A stretch of 64,000 bases of DNA from Azolla caroliniana (Eukaryota > Plantae > Polypodiophyta). The position numbers and the translations under genes are program-made. The stretch lies in assembly GCA_043228905.1 (NCBI GenBank), contig JBHGNT010000018.1:372001-436000 (forward strand), read 5' to 3'. Below are positions 1-14,855 of this stretch, one piece after another (position 1 is the first letter of the stretch; the number at the start of each line of letters is the position of its first letter). The notes under the pieces are model-generated. The model worked only from the letters and a program-made list of their open reading frames with translations, made no database searches and was not told the DNA's origin.

Positions 1-744
1 AGTTGCAACTAGCCAAGTAATTTTAGCAACTAGTGGATGTTGTATGACTTGTCAATGGCCAAAGGCAAAGGTCCAACGACTAACTTGATTTGGATCACCA
101 CCATCGACATATTGTAAGCACACTTCAAATATTGTCCATCATTGCCAACTCTTGGGCCACTTTCGGAGGAAGTTTGATAGGACAACCAAATTTTGGGTTT
201 GAGCGGCCAACACAAAGAACATTGCTTATATATCCATTGACAAAACCCACTCCCACAAAGGAAGGGTTTGTCAATGTGCCATCACAAACCCACATTGGCT
301 CATTGGTACAATATATCAACAGTTTGAAATCATGGAGTTTGTAATCAATGGCAAGTCCAACATCAATGTCGTTGACCAATGCACATGCCATGAAGTTGGG
401 TATCATCTTTTAGGAAACTTACCATTTCCACCGCCAAGTTGTACATAACCACTGAACTTACAAGGATCTCACAATCTATGCCACCATGTGAGCATTCCAA
501 ATTTTGGCGGTCGTTATTTGCACGAATGACATTAATGTCTACGCACAATTGTGTTAGGGAAACAATAGATGTAGTTGGCCAAAATCAACCATGATTGACA
601 ACATCACATGATCTCATTTTTGTATGGAAAAACTAAAATGAAACTCCCTACCAACACTATATGGGAGGATGTAGACATATGAACGTACTTGGCCTCAGAT
701 TCCCAACTATTCAATCACACAACTTATTGCCATACTAATTGTAT

Positions 745-1352
745 CGATTCGGAAGTACAGGGGAAAATATCACCAACAGATCTCGGGCTAACCATGGATT
801 TAGGGCAGGGAATTCCTGGAATTTCAGAAATGCTAAAGATCTAGCAGGTAGATGCATGCCATGAGGAACATATGGATAGGTTTGATGGAGATCTTTGGAA
901 CTGGTAGGCAAAACCATTTGGCAGGGACAGAAAAACAGAGTAAACCCCCATAACACATTGTTGATTCAGAGGAATAAAGCTATTCCCATTCGATTGAAAG
1001 ATGTATGTAATCCTACAGTCCTTCCTCATCAAACCAAGAGTCAGAGGAATAAAGCTCTTCCCATTGGATTGAAAGATGTATATAATTCTGCAGTCTTACC
1101 TCAAAACCAAGGTAACAAACAAATACCCCCACTACCTGAAATTTGTCTACCCACCTTTCTTTCCATTTTCCTCAGTAATCTATGTCATTATGTATGTATA
1201 CTTACTTCATTCATCCTCCAATTCAAACTTTTTAACCGTTACATTACATTATGTGTTGATTTATCCTGTATACTTCTTCATTCATCCTCCAATTGGATTT
1301 ATTACTCATTACATTCCATAATGTGCTGATTTATTAACCATTACATTTGACA
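745..1352. mobile_element. Possible degenerate solo LTR containing an internal ~75-bp duplication
   Basis: TGTAT lies at both 740-744 and 1353-1357, a possible 5-bp TSD. The segment ends in CA but starts CG rather than TG. An internal direct repeat TCAGAGGAATAAAGCT...CCTCA occurs at ~966 and ~1041. Confidence 0.25.
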
Positions 1353-1547
1353 TGTATAGGTCAGTTTTTTTTTAACCTATGACCTTTGCAATATTATTGG
1401 TAAGATGCTCTAACCAACTAAGTAGCTTTGCTGAATGATAGAATTGCTATATAAGTAAAAGAATGGAGCTAAGCCCCACTGTTGAGAGGTTATGACATTT
1501 TTATTGGACGTATAGGGTTGTCACTGAGACATAAGTTGGCCCTATCC

Positions 1548-1721
1548 ACCCATAACAAGGAGCATACCTTAAACCCAAGATTAATCACAATATCATTTCT
1601 ATTAATCAAGTATATAATTACAATTCTCTCTCTCACCCATAACAAGTAACATACCTTAAACCCATGATTAATCACAATATCATTTCTATTAATCAAGTAT
1701 ATAATTACAACTCTCTATCTC
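1548..1721. repeat. Tandem duplication, ~87-bp unit x2
   Basis: ACCCATAACAAG...TAATCACAATATCATTTCTATTAATCAAGTATATAATTACAA repeats at 1548 and 1635. Confidence 0.85.
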
Positions 1722-4344
1722 CCTCCCTCTTAACTACCTTAATCCCCTACACTAGACAACAACTCCCACAAATGAACCAACCCTTCAGAAAATTCCTACA
1801 GTTCCTCAAAATATGATTGGAGGATGTGATACTTTGTTTTTCAAAGTGAAGGGCCTGACAGAAATAAAGACATCCTAATTCCATTCCTACAAAATCTAAG
1901 GGATATTTTTCATGCTTGGTGATTGTTATCAAGGCTAGTTATATATTTATTGGAATGTCTACAAGTATTGGACATGTCTCTATAATGAGGCTTAAGGCTT
2001 AGGCCTTATATAATGTGTTGATTTTGAGGCCCGTTTTTTAAAGGATATTCTTCTCCAGAATGATAAAGAGCATTATTGGAAAGATTGTGATAGGTGTTGC
2101 ATGTAGATATTATCTTTAAGCCAACGCATTTCGGGGTATATCAATAAAACAGGCTTTGATATCCAAGCAGGTTACAAATGTGTACCATGAAAGCACGATC
2201 TTAAGTAGGTTTCATGAACATATTGAATCACATCCTTGCCATATATGAGCGTTTTGAATGATCATGCATCATATGATTATTTTTCTAATGGATTTAATTG
2301 TTTCCATGTCTAAAGTAAACTTTAAAGTGGTTGTAAACTTTACAATATAAATTTATTGACATGTGTAAAGCACAATTCTATGGCCATGCTTGAATTAACA
2401 ATCCATCTAAATTGGTTACATGGGAAACCTTATTATGATTCAAACATAGTGCCAAGCTTTCACACATTAATTAGATAATAGTCCACCATAAACATATTGG
2501 GTTAGAGAAATAGCCAAAACATATTCACGTTTGTTAAGGATGCATGGCACATTCCTTGTGCGTGTTATGTGTGAATATAAGCCAAGAAAACGAATGTTGG
2601 CTGCTAATACAAAAAAATATCACCCGTGTTGAACAATGCAAATTGCATTTGCTCCATTTATAGGTAACCAAATGAGTTGGACACTAAATTGTTCTAGTAG
2701 GAAACAACTCTTTAGTATACCTCTAGCTAATATCTAACTTTAGGGAGCTGGAATCTAAATAGTGGGAATGTCGATGTTTAGTCAACTTCACCTTGTGTAA
2801 AATGAAGGACATTTAATATGATTGGAAATGTTCTCTCACCCTACAACCTAGCATTACACATCCATGCCTCGATTCGACACAAAGTAGCATGTAAACTCTA
2901 ATTGTCTTTGAAATAGTTGGGATATGCATAGCACACTTATTACAAGACAACTTGTAAATGTCACCTTCTTTGCAAAGTTGGATCTCAAAAGGATTAATAT
3001 ATGTGAATGTCCTATTTTATGAGGGGCTCATGAGTCACATGAATGCAATGATCACGAGTTTGAATAGAACATAGATGATTACCACTTGAAAAGAACAAAA
3101 AGAAATTTGTGGGGGGAACTTTCATCTAATCAATCAATCAAGTCATTCACATGGTTTATTTAAGTAAATTCCAACCAGCTTAACATGAGAGAATGTAAAG
3201 AAATAATGGACGGATAAGGTTCACATGGCTTACTTTCTGAGAATTGTTGACTTGTATATAACTAAACGATGTCTAGGATGAAAATCCATTTCCACTGTCT
3301 ATCAACGACAACAAAGAGGCCCATGATAGACTTGTTGATGTAACATTGATGTGTAGGGAATGAACACTGTAGCAATATTTAGATTCATGTTCATGCATGT
3401 GTTTGGCAACTCAAATTTTTGCATGAAAGTGAAAGAATGGGAGTAATCATTTGATACTTCCTAGTTATATGAGGGTATATTTGCATATCTCTGTTGGAGA
3501 AGTAACATTTCTCAAGTATTATTTCTACCTTGTTTATGCTTGAGCTCACGAGTCACATGAATGTGATGATCGCACACGTGTTTCAATGAGGCTTCAAATT
3601 CTTGGAAAGAATGAAGAGACTAGAGCGAGATTTCCTCTAGGTAATCCACATAATCATTCACATAATATATTTTATGTGAGAATCCAAGGGAAGGACAATA
3701 TACTCAAGTAAGAGGACCCATTTACAATAAAGCCATATGGTTTACTTGATAGTAATTTTTTACGATAAAAAACATTCCTCTACCTAATCCATACAATCAT
3801 TCACATGTTATATTTGATAAGAAAATCCAAGCAAAGGACAATGTAGACATGTAACAGGTACAATGTGCTCCAAAGGAATGGATGAAAGCTGTTGATGACA
3901 ATCCAAATCCAAATCTATAAACGTTAACAATAACAAAGACCTAGATATCTCAACATTGATGTGTAAATATTGGTTCCAAACTCATGGGTGGTATGTTGTT
4001 AAAAGACAACCCAAACTTACATATAGAACAAAACAAACAAAGAGCTACCTTGACGAATGAGATATACAATGTCTTAATATTAAATTGTAGGCCAATTCAG
4101 AGTGAAACACTTACATGATATTGTTAGATATTGTTCATTTTGTATGTTTGTGAGGGAGAGTTATGTGGTCTAGTGAGGGACACATATTCAAGAGATCAAA
4201 TGAGCTCATACTTTTGCCAAGTTTTAAAATCATTAGGGCAAAAAATGGGAATTCCGCCAAATGTGTTAGGTGCACGCACATTTGACATGATATGAGTATT
4301 TTGATGTTCCCCTATGTGTTTATTTTAGCACCAAAAAGTTTACA

Positions 4345-4525
4345 TTAGAAAACGAATTATGCATAATAGTGCCACGATTGGCCCAAAATATAGAAAACGA
4401 ATGCCACATATTGTTGTCAAGATTGGCAATAAATATTAAAAGATGGACAATGCATATCAGGGCAAAGATTGGCAAAACCCATTAGAAAAACGAACAATAC
4501 CTATCTATAACAAGATTGGTAAAAC
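4345..4525. repeat. Degenerate ~45-bp tandem repeat x4
   Basis: TAGAAAACGAA...AAGATTGGC recurs with ~45-bp periodicity. Confidence 0.6.
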
Positions 4526-6829
4526 ACCATTGATACGCATTTTTTACATTATGGGCATGACGACATGAATGGGGGAGTCTCGTTGAAGAGACACTACATC
4601 AAATTTCCAACGTTCGTTATTTAAGATCTCAAATAATAATCTTCATCAATCAAATGATGTATCATGTGATGGTTCTAGTTTGTTGAGTTGCCATTCATAC
4701 GAGAACCCAACTTGTAGATAGAAGTTCATGGCCCATAAGACCATAAAGATTCTACGATTTGTGATTTAGACTAAGTGCAGCGTACACATCATGTTAGGTT
4801 GATGGGTTAAATTGGTTGAACTTTGTCGTTGCTTATAAGTATGTTTGCCCCATGTGCATCGTAGTGATTATCACGTGTGATAAAAGATGTGAACTTGATT
4901 ATGAAATATATCATCGCCCGATGAAACTCTTATATTACACAGGCAACGTTCTCAGTCACATTTAGTCTATTTAATTTGTCAATATAAGCAATATCACGAG
5001 AGCTAGGTCAGGTCACCTCTAATTTTATCAATGGTAAATTATAGGGGAAATTAGGATAAGAACAAATCGGAGTAGAGGTCTCTCAAGTTTAAAAGTTGAT
5101 TGGTTGTTGTTAACACAACACCACGTAATTAATGAATACGATATATGATTAGGGTATTTTGAGATTCTTATTGTGATGGTGTGAAAAGAATATGGATTGA
5201 TTATGTTTCATAAAATGATAGTTATGGCTTGGAACTTGAGGCCTTGGCCCTTTGTCATACATAATCTTTTTACTTTAGAAAAATTCCACTCCATTGCCCA
5301 ACATTTATAACAAATTTCCACTACAAGTACAAAATATGTGACATAAAGTATCCTCGAGTGCATGAGTCAATAAAACACCCTTCACTACCGGGGCGTAGCC
5401 TTGAGTGTCAAAAAATTAGGCATACTGTCAAAACTAGCGTGACGCGTGTCTTCGAAAGTTGGTGAAAGCACAAAGCTTAACTTGGATAAGTGGAGTCGTA
5501 AGGATGGAAACACCAATTTAATGCATGGGGCAATGGATTTTATGGAACAACCAAACATGCATTCACAATTTGCCAACACAATCTTTGCATGTTTTGGGAT
5601 GTGAGGATAATGATGGGAAATATAGGAACCACAAATGAATGAATGTCTTGGTAAGATGATAATGAAAACATCACCAAAATCTAAAAACGAATATTAAAAT
5701 AAGCTCATGAGTCATAACTATGTATTTGAAGAGCATTAGAGTTCTCAATGTTGGTGTCATTAGCTTCACCGACAAAGAGGAGGAGGATAAATCATGTGTT
5801 CGTCAAATCGTGGAGCAAGTAGAAAGTTATAACTTGGACTTATAGTTGTGTGTCATAGTTCTATCATTATTATAGAATTTTCCACTTGAAGCGATAATAA
5901 CACTTACCTTTATAATTTATAATGTATCTGACATAAAGCATCATTTTATGATTCCTCTTGCTCATTCACTCCAAAATAACTTTGTTTGAAGTTTGTTGTT
6001 AGCATAATCATTTACATAGTACAACAGTAGGAGGTCGACATATTGTCTCACATACATGAATCAACAATTATCTAGGTCAACCCACAAGTGATAAAAACTT
6101 TAATTTGATCGATGACAATTTGAGACAATGATTGAATTGATCGGTCATCTTCTTTACTAAGGGCCTTTTTTGTTTGGTGTCTAGATTACATCCCCCACGT
6201 GGTACATATTAGAATGGCGATGAGAATGCTTTTGCTATTATGAAAAGTGGACGGAGCAGGGAAGTCTCGCTTTAATTTTGAAGCATTAAAGCCATTGGAC
6301 TTTGCCCAATCTTTAATGTGAGTATGTTGTGATTCATTGTATAAGTAATTTAGTCAGAAATTGATTGCTATGTTGTTATTGGTATCCTTAAATGAGTTTT
6401 ATTAAAGGTCTGCTTGATTTGTTCAAATATTGCAGGGTAAAACTTGTGCTCCAAGTAATGTGTGTGTGTGTGTGTGTATACACATTGTTGAAAGTGTACG
6501 AGGTGGCAACGTACATGACCATCTCTAGCAAATAAAAGTAAATACTTACTGAGCCATCTCAAGTAATTCTAGCATGGTTTTGTAAAATAATGTGGAAAAG
6601 TCAAATTAAGGTGTTGTATCAAGAGAATATACCATTCGCTCTAGGAACAATGAGAATCATGGATTTATGGTCTTCATATTTTCCATCAGATGGTATTGTG
6701 TTTGAAACTATTCATGGGTTTAACATTGTTGCCACCGTATACAAACATGAGAGTCGAGACCTCTGACCATTTGAAATTTAAAATAAGTATTGGCTCCATA
6801 ATTATGATGTTGCATATGGACCTAATGTG

Positions 6830-7727
6830 ATTGCATGGGGAAATGTCTTTTGGATGGACGTAAATGTGGATAAACGTAATTATGAAAGGGAAAAGATATT
6901 GTTTACCCTTCAAACTTGGGGAAGGCAAGTTAAGGACATACCATACTCAAGCCCAAAATCGGTTGAATGTGGATGCCACAATATGGGCTACGATATCGTC
7001 GGTGGTTCTATGGAATATTTGGATAGGTCGATGCCAAAATGTGTTTCAGCAAATAAAGCAAAATCCTATTCATTGTGTGAAGGAAATTTGGTCGATGCTT
7101 ATCTCAATTCTAAAAGATCAATATGACTCCTTCACAGGTAATGAAGATATGATTTTTCTGAAACAACAATCGTTTTAAGGCAAATGGAAGGATTTGTTAG
7201 TTTTTGTGGAGAGAAATGACAAAATGGAATGGCAATACGTACCCCCGCGATGGTTGTTCCCTCCATAGTTGGAGGTTGGTTCAAATAAGGACATAATGGG
7301 GGATATCTTACCCGCCACTAAATTGTATCATTATAGGCTTGTATTTGCTTATTGCATTGGTAATGGAAACTATGGTGTAGTTTATTTTTAGGGAAAAGTA
7401 CCAGGATACCCCTGGAAGTTTGTCTATTTACCAAAATACCCCTAGAAGTTCCAAATTTACCAAACTACCCCTATGTCCAAAAAATTACACTTTGTAAAGT
7501 AATTATACACTCAAATCTAGAAACCCTATTTACCAAAGATGGAAGAAATGGACCCGAACTAGCCCTATTTACCAAAGATTTGAGTGTATAATTACTTTAT
7601 AAAGTGTAATTTTTTGGACATAGGGGTAGTTTGGTAAATTTGGAACTTCTAGGGGCATTCTAGTAAATAGACGAACTTCCAGGGGTATCCTGGTACTTTT
7701 CCCTTATTTTTATTATAAAAAAAAAAA
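6830..7727 (+). mobile_element. 5'-truncated LINE (non-LTR) remnant: ORF2 C-terminus, 3' UTR and poly(A)
   Basis: The translation WATISSVVLWNIWIGRCQNVF...EIW resembles the W..W..R...F C-terminal motif of plant L1-type ORF2. It is interrupted by stops. An A-run at ~7716-7727 follows once the nested MITE is removed. Confidence 0.55.
7391..7703. mobile_element. Mutator-like (MULE) foldback MITE, 313 bp
   Basis: 128-bp terminal inverted repeats at 7391-7518 and 7576-7703, with 5 mismatches by eye, all transitions. Termini are GGG...CCC. A perfect 9-bp TSD TTATTTTTA lies at 7382-7390 and 7704-7712, typical of Mutator. Confidence 0.92.
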
Positions 7728-9280
7728 CAACTAGTGCAAATCGTATGAGAAACTCATATTTTGTTCCTAGACATGACTAACGACACAATTATATCAAAAT
7801 ATAAGCTAAACTACCCTTCACGTGGATAACAAATGGACGGTTATCTCATTGAATGGGATGATACTATTTTTTTCTATTCAATATATAGGTAAGGTAGCTT
7901 TATTTGTTATCAAAGACAGAACCACGTTGTTGGCTATTCCATCTTGAAAAGCCAACAAAAATGGATTTCAATTCCCCAAACGCTTTGTATTTAGAAAAGT
8001 CGGTACAAATAACTGCACAACTAAATGCACTCTCTTTTATGCTAATTCCATTCACATAATTATATGCTAGAACGTCAATTAATTATACATATACTATAGG
8101 TCAAATAAAATGCCACAAATAGTTTTGGTCCAAAGTAACATAAAGATTGGATCATAGTGCTCACCAACCATTGTTCTATATTTATAATCAAAATGCAAAT
8201 TGATAATGGAAATATCCCCAAAGAAATAAACAAAAATAAAAGATCCAAATAATTACTCATGAAAATTACTTAGTAGTATTACAATATATCATTAATTTCA
8301 TGTCAGAAGTTAGAACTTTGGTGAATCCCATTGTTGGAGAAATCCTCTCTTAGGAACACCAATGTAGCCATTCACCAACACCATACTTGGAATACCTATC
8401 CTCTAGGTCGTTTGAACAATAAAAGAGCCATCATATGATGAGGTACACGCGTAAGGGACCAGCTTGTGGGATACATTCCATCAAGGCACCGCTCCTCACC
8501 CAAAGACGTAAGCACAATATACATAAAAAATTCTAGACGAGTTTAAATAAAAGTTTTATATAATTGTAAAATAATTAAAGTGATAGTCTCCCATCACATC
8601 GTGCAAATACAATGAGAAAACTACTAAGTGTACAAGCAAAGAAAAGCATCTCATTCTAAGGGTTGTTTGTGATATTATGTAAATATGGTGTCGTCACCCC
8701 AAAACCTCATACACACTATTAGGCATTAACAAACAATTGCTAGGCACTGATAGGGCAATGAATCAACATAATGTCCAATGTCTCCTAATGCACCAAATTA
8801 CATCCCCCTCCATAATAGTGATTATGCCCATTGTTGTCCACCCTCTCGGAAAATGCTTTGAATGCAAATACTTTTAGTTCCTCATGCTTATGAACTCAAC
8901 ATATAGCATCATCTATAATATGAAATTTGAATATAAGACAATCCTTTCCATATTTATCATGCTTGTGTATCCTATTACTAGTCCAAAGTTAACTTCAAAG
9001 TATCAAAGACTATTGCATTCAATGAGGGCCTACATTCCCTAAATGTTTTATTAAAATACTCATTACTTGAATGTTTAAAAAAATGCATTTATTTTTTAAT
9101 TTTTATAAGAATATACCAACATGTTCAAGTTCAAATATCTTCAAAAGGTGCCTACTATTTCAAGGCACCAAAAATGGTTAAGAACAACCTACCATTCAAA
9201 AGAGGTGGATTAACAATGCCATTGTTAAGTTAGCAATGAGGTTTACCATGTTGTCTACGTGGCCCATGGGATGCTTGTAA

Positions 9281-9710
9281 TAGTCGGCAACGGTTCAATT
9301 TGAACCGAATTGTGAAATCGCGGCGTAACGGTTAAAACGGTTCAGTTCAGGTTCAAGTTTTTTAAAATGGTTTGGTTTCCACAGTTACAAACCGCGGTTT
9401 AACAAGTTTTTTTTTTAAATTTTGTTTTTAAACAATCTTTTTATTTTTAGGCCTTATTCTCACATTTTAGGAAAATCTTTAAAATATTGAAAATTTAAAA
9501 CAATGAAAAAATTTTAATTGTAAAAATTTTAAATTTGAATATTGACCTAAGTTGAAAACTGAAACCGAACAACGAAACCGCGATTTTAATAGTTTTATGG
9601 TTTAACGGTTTGAACTTTTTTTAAATGGTTTTGTGGTTCGGTTCAAGTTTCAAAAAATTTAAACGGTTTGGTTTTGACACTATCAAACCGAACCGAACCG
9701 TTGCCGATTG
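9281..9710. mobile_element. Non-autonomous TIR element (MITE) with AACCG/CGGTT subterminal repeats
   Basis: Inverted ends TAGTCGGCAACGGTTC / GAACCGTTGCCGATTG, many AACCG/CGGTT motifs and an AT-rich core. No clean TSD was found (flanks are TAA and TTA). Confidence 0.7.
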
Positions 9711-9776
9711 TTAGTCGATTGCATGATCTCTCTCCTTCGCGGTCTCATATGATTGCCATCTTAGGCTTATAGGATG

Positions 9777-10259
9777 TGTTACGGGCATGACCATATAATA
9801 TCCCGTGGTAAGTTGTACTGTAGTATTCTATACACGTGGATAAAGTGCGAGGTTAAACAAGAGTGTAAAGAAGGGAGGATTACTTTTAATCCTAAGAATT
9901 GGGACAACCCATACGGGTCAAGTGTGAACTTGCCTGGGGGCCTTAGGTCTGGCTATAAATACGAGGGCTAGTTACCCTCATTAACACATTATCGATTACG
10001 TCAAGACTCTACTCTTGTGGTGATCACCTCTTGTAGCGAGCACGCCAGTACCAAGTACCACTCGATGCCACAACGGTGGTATGGGATGCCGATCGAGGCT
10101 CGAGTCTGTCTCAATCCCTTCGTTCGGGGGTGGTCGGGTGGAAGGGAATAAACCCTTCTTTCTCTCTCTTCTTTCTTCTCTATTTATATTTATATTATAT
10201 TTCCTTATCTCATACTTACATTAGGAATAAGCTTCAATAGAGTGAGATTCCGCCTAACA
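9777..10259 (+). mobile_element. Possible solo LTR
   Basis: TGTTA...TAACA inverted termini, an internal CTATAAATA and a CT-rich tract. No matching TSD. Confidence 0.35.
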
Positions 10260-10729
10260 CATATGCATTCATTTTTCTTTGTTGTCTATACAGGAATTTC
10301 ATGGAAAATGGAGAGATGGCTGATGTGGAAATAATTTGAAGCACATTTATCTGTTTTCAGTTTATACAACGATGAGAGAAGATGGTGGCGGAGGTATAAG
10401 CAAATTTTCATGAGGGTCCGAGGGGAGTGGATTGAGTAGAGAACCAGTATCTTCATATGGTAGGCTCATCTGGATCATTTAGATATGATGAAATCTTACA
10501 TGTAGCAGCGATCAAGGAATCATTGTGAAAGAAAGTGTTATTGGCAAGAGATTTGTTTTCATAGATTATAATTATCCTTATCTTGCCAAATGCCATCACT
10601 TATATTTGGTCCTTTCTTTGATGATATATACTTGTAGAGATGGAAAATATTATATTCTATTTGTATAGTGCCTTTGGCCTTTTTAATTTTAATACCAATG
10701 GAGCATGATTTTTATGGGAAAAAAATACA

Positions 10730-11281
10730 TATGCATTCATTCATGCAACACACACACACACACACACACACACATGCTTTACTTCTTCTATAAATGAAAT
10801 AACCTTTAGTCATCTCATCTCCCGGTTCTACACCTTACGAGCCTAGCAATTACACAATCGCTTGGCCAAATTTCATGTCGTATGCCAAATTGGAGCTCCC
10901 CCAAGGGTTTTTCTACTCATATAGCCTTCCCCCAGTTATTCATGTATTGATAAGACTTGGGATAACAAACTTTCATTAATCATTGGTTGACTCAAAGCTC
11001 ACTCCACCTAATGCATATGCATTCATATAAAACACATCCTTTCTCTGCTTCTCGTTCTATAAATGCCATGAGCTTTAGTCATCTCATTCTCTAGGTTATG
11101 TGTCTTACAAGCTTAGCAAACGCAATCACTTGGCCAAATCACACACTACAATTTCTTTCCATATGCCGAATTGGAGCTTTGCCAAGGGTCGTCCTACTCA
11201 ATGCTCATGTAGCCTTCCTCGAATTATACATTTATTGATAAGACTTGGGTTTACAATTTTTCATTAATGAAGGGTTGACTT
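10730..11281. repeat. Old tandem duplication, ~285-bp unit x2
   Basis: Blocks ATATGCATTCAT, CTTTAGTCATCTCAT, CTTGGCCAAAT, ATTGATAAGACTTGGG and GGTTGACT occur in the same order starting at ~10730 and ~11015. Confidence 0.75.
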
Positions 11282-13990
11282 GGAAATCTTCCACGACCAC
11301 CACTTGACTGTTAGGTTTGGATTAAAACATTCTAATAATAATGTGATGATATCCTCGGTATCAACCTTCAATATTTACTTTTTGGTCTAAAGCTTGTGTA
11401 TGATCAGACACAAATATTTGGGTTGAAAACTAACAATATTGTAATGATATCATCAATACCAAACTTACTTATTTTCTTTTTTGGTCATAAGCTTGGTTAT
11501 GATGGCAAATAAGGTGGGGGCTAAAAAGTAAATGAAACAAAATATATGTTAGAAGTTTGGGTGGTGCTAAGACCATATGCACATATAGAGCTACCTATTC
11601 TTTTACTCACAAGAAGCCATCCCAACATACTTGGGTACTCCAAACTTTGGAATCCAAAGGTTACCCTTTTCCCTCTAGCTGTACATAGCAATTGGGAAAC
11701 CTTGAGAACACTTTTACATTGGATTGTAAGAAAACTATGAAATTCTACATTAACATACCACTCAAGAAAATGAGACTTTAGATAACAAGAATCTACATCT
11801 AGAGGGGTTTCCATACCATTACTATTGGTTTAGACCATTATTTGAGGCATAAAATGATTAGGAGAGCGTCCCTGAAATTAGTTTCTTTATCTCCTTTATT
11901 CTAGAGGTGATTCATGTACCACCACAAACAATGGGCATGGTTGAGATTTGTATGATAACTCCATGTTTCTTTGTGGCCATTTGTACGGCTTGTATTAGTT
12001 GGCTAAAAAACATGCAAACAATTGTAACACAACACAAGGTTTGTGCTTGGTTGCACCAGTTGAAACCCTATCTATCTATTAATATGTAACATGTTCATGG
12101 AGAGTCAAAGCAAGCCACAAGAAAGATGTCTTCATTTTGCATTATTTTGTTATTGATCTGAGATCAAAGTAATTGTTTCTCGAAGAAAGAAAACATCCTA
12201 TATCACATTTCTCTCTTACTAAAATATTATCGTATAAACGGACAACAATGGCATGTGTTGGTGTTGCATTTACGAGATTTCCATATCATATTTTTCTACG
12301 AGATTTCCATATCATAAGTTTTTTTAAGTAAGTACATTTACTAAGTAGCTACATAAGAAATATGACGTTGCACTTTTATTATTCTATTGAGACCTTTCAC
12401 AATTGAGGATTTGTGTGTCATTGTACCAAATTTACTGGAGAGTTTTGTTAACTATTTTCGTGATAATTTACATCATTAAACTAGACATATCATTCATATG
12501 AGCCACTTTTTTTGATGACTTTGTGCATTTATCAATGTTATAGAGCTCCAACATCTCGCTCATGGTGTCACCACATATTTCTACAATGGGATGATTAATC
12601 AACGTGATACGCCAAATATATAGATTAATAAAGATACGATAGATTGGAGATCTTTGTTATTCTTGTGCACACTTTCCCGAAAGGGCACTATGACGAAAGG
12701 TTTTACATCAAAATTGCAGATTTTAGAAGTTTGCTCAAACAAAATATATCATGTAAAATAATATATACACAATTTGGCCAACTCAATGGATACATTGCTC
12801 TACAATTATAAATGATCAAAATTCACATATTATATTTTAAGCGGTGCATACTATGAGAACGATGTCTAGAATTGCATAGATCATCCTCTCCATGAAACGG
12901 AAATTGTTGTTGACATTCCACAAGTTGACTCAAAAACAAAACTCTATGTAAGTTATGCAATGAAGTGGTTGCATAGGGAGTAAAAAGGTCCATATATGCA
13001 TATTTTGGCAATAAGAATACAACTTGGGGGATGCACAAACTTAATGCTATTTTTTCTATTCTAAATGGAGCTAACAATGTTGTTTGTGTACTCATTGAGC
13101 AAGAGATGTTGGCCCTCGATCTATATTCAGCATGATCTTTGGTTCTTGATTTAATATATTTACACATACACAATATCTATGCATAGGTGCCAATGAACAC
13201 TAATAAAGTTGTCCCGATTGCACAAGGGGCTATGTCTTTATAGCATGCAATAACCATTTTGTGGGTATATTCGTTGATGCATGAGAATGTAAAATATACA
13301 GGGTGAGTAACATAATCAATGAATATTATTCATTCAAGTAATATAATCAATTATTCATTCACACTTCGTAAATGCTAAAGCTAGCTTTGGAGAAAGTGCA
13401 ATATATGAGGTACTTTGAAAGTTCCATCTCTATTCAAACTCAACCTTATAGGTGAGAATGGTCATAAGGTTAAACCAACACAACATATCTATGTCATCCA
13501 TGAAGGATGTGAAAACCATTATGCTATGGGTTCTCAATAAGACGATAAGACTCCAAGGAACGCATTCTATAGAGGCGTCAAAGTGTGATCATATCCACTG
13601 TTTTGACAGGAACATATGGTGAAGACAATATCGAATCCTATGACAAAGAATCAAGTCCATTGTATACTATTGCATATCGTTCAACGAATGCATCTCTCTT
13701 AAAGCACACCACCGCCTTAAAACATTTTTACAGAAGTGTTAAGTTGACGTGCGAGCAAGTGGTGACTAGTGGCCAAAACGAAGAATCGAGTCGAGCCGAG
13801 CTGAGTCGAGACAGGCGAGGTATTTATGAGCTAAAAAAAAAAATGGTCTAGTGCGAATGAACAGAAGCATTGAATGGTTATTGGATGTAGCACAACTCGA
13901 GGGAGGAGGGATTTAGGGGGATGGGGGGGGGGGGGTAAAAATGGAGATGAAAAAGCTGCCGATGTCTTTAGGTAGACATGGGGTTGGTCT

Positions 13991-14028
<38 letters not shown>

Positions 14029-14855
14029 CTTTAATGGCCACGAAACATGAGAGAGAGAGAGAGAGAGAGAGAGAGTGTGTGTGTGTTTTGGTTTGGCTGG
14101 ACAAATTGAAATGCAGCGAGATGGCCGTGGCTGCCCATATCCCCCCCCCTCAAGAAAAAGAATAAATAAAAACAGACCAAAATTAAAAAGGCGTTGAAAC
14201 GTAATCTTGTATGTAAATTCAAAATAAAATAAAATAAAATAAAAATAAACCAAAAAGCGTTGAAATTGGAGTTCCAATTAAATATTTTTGTTTCATTTTT
14301 CTTTTGGCTCAAAACATTTTCCCGCTCAAAGAAAAAAAAAACAAGAGAGTTAATTAAAAAAAAAAAGGCGAAAATGAAAAAAAAAGGAGATTTTGTGGAC
14401 CCCACTGGCTTGGAGAGAGAGCGGTTTTGGGGAATCGATCAAGAAGCGGTTTCTGGGATCGAAACCGGTGGTTTTAAGGGGGGAGGGGGGCGCTCGGGGT
14501 TGTCCGGACAGAGTGCGAGACAAGTGTGAAACCGAAACACGTGTGTGCGAAGAGGCCTGTCCAGAAACAAATGGAGCTCTCTCTCTCTCTACACACACAC
14601 ACACACACACACTCTCTCTCTCTCTCTCAATCTCTCTCTACTGTCTGTCTCTCAATCTCTCTCTACTGTCTGTCTCTGTCCCTCTTCTGCAGTGAAACGT
14701 TAATCCATCTCTCTCTCTCTCTCTCAGAGATTTCTTTTGATACCTCCTCCACACTCCCATTTTCTGTCGCTTGTATCTCCATTTCTCCCCACACGAAGCT
14801 TTTCCTTCCTCCTTTTCTTCCTCTTCTTCTTCTCCTGCTGCTGCCTTCCTCGCTT

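Noticed and set aside
1-5400. Short ORFs and old local duplications (~3020-3970) suggesting genes or TE coding remnants
   Set aside because: I could not assign any protein family. This is probably decayed TE sequence, but that is unsupported without a search.
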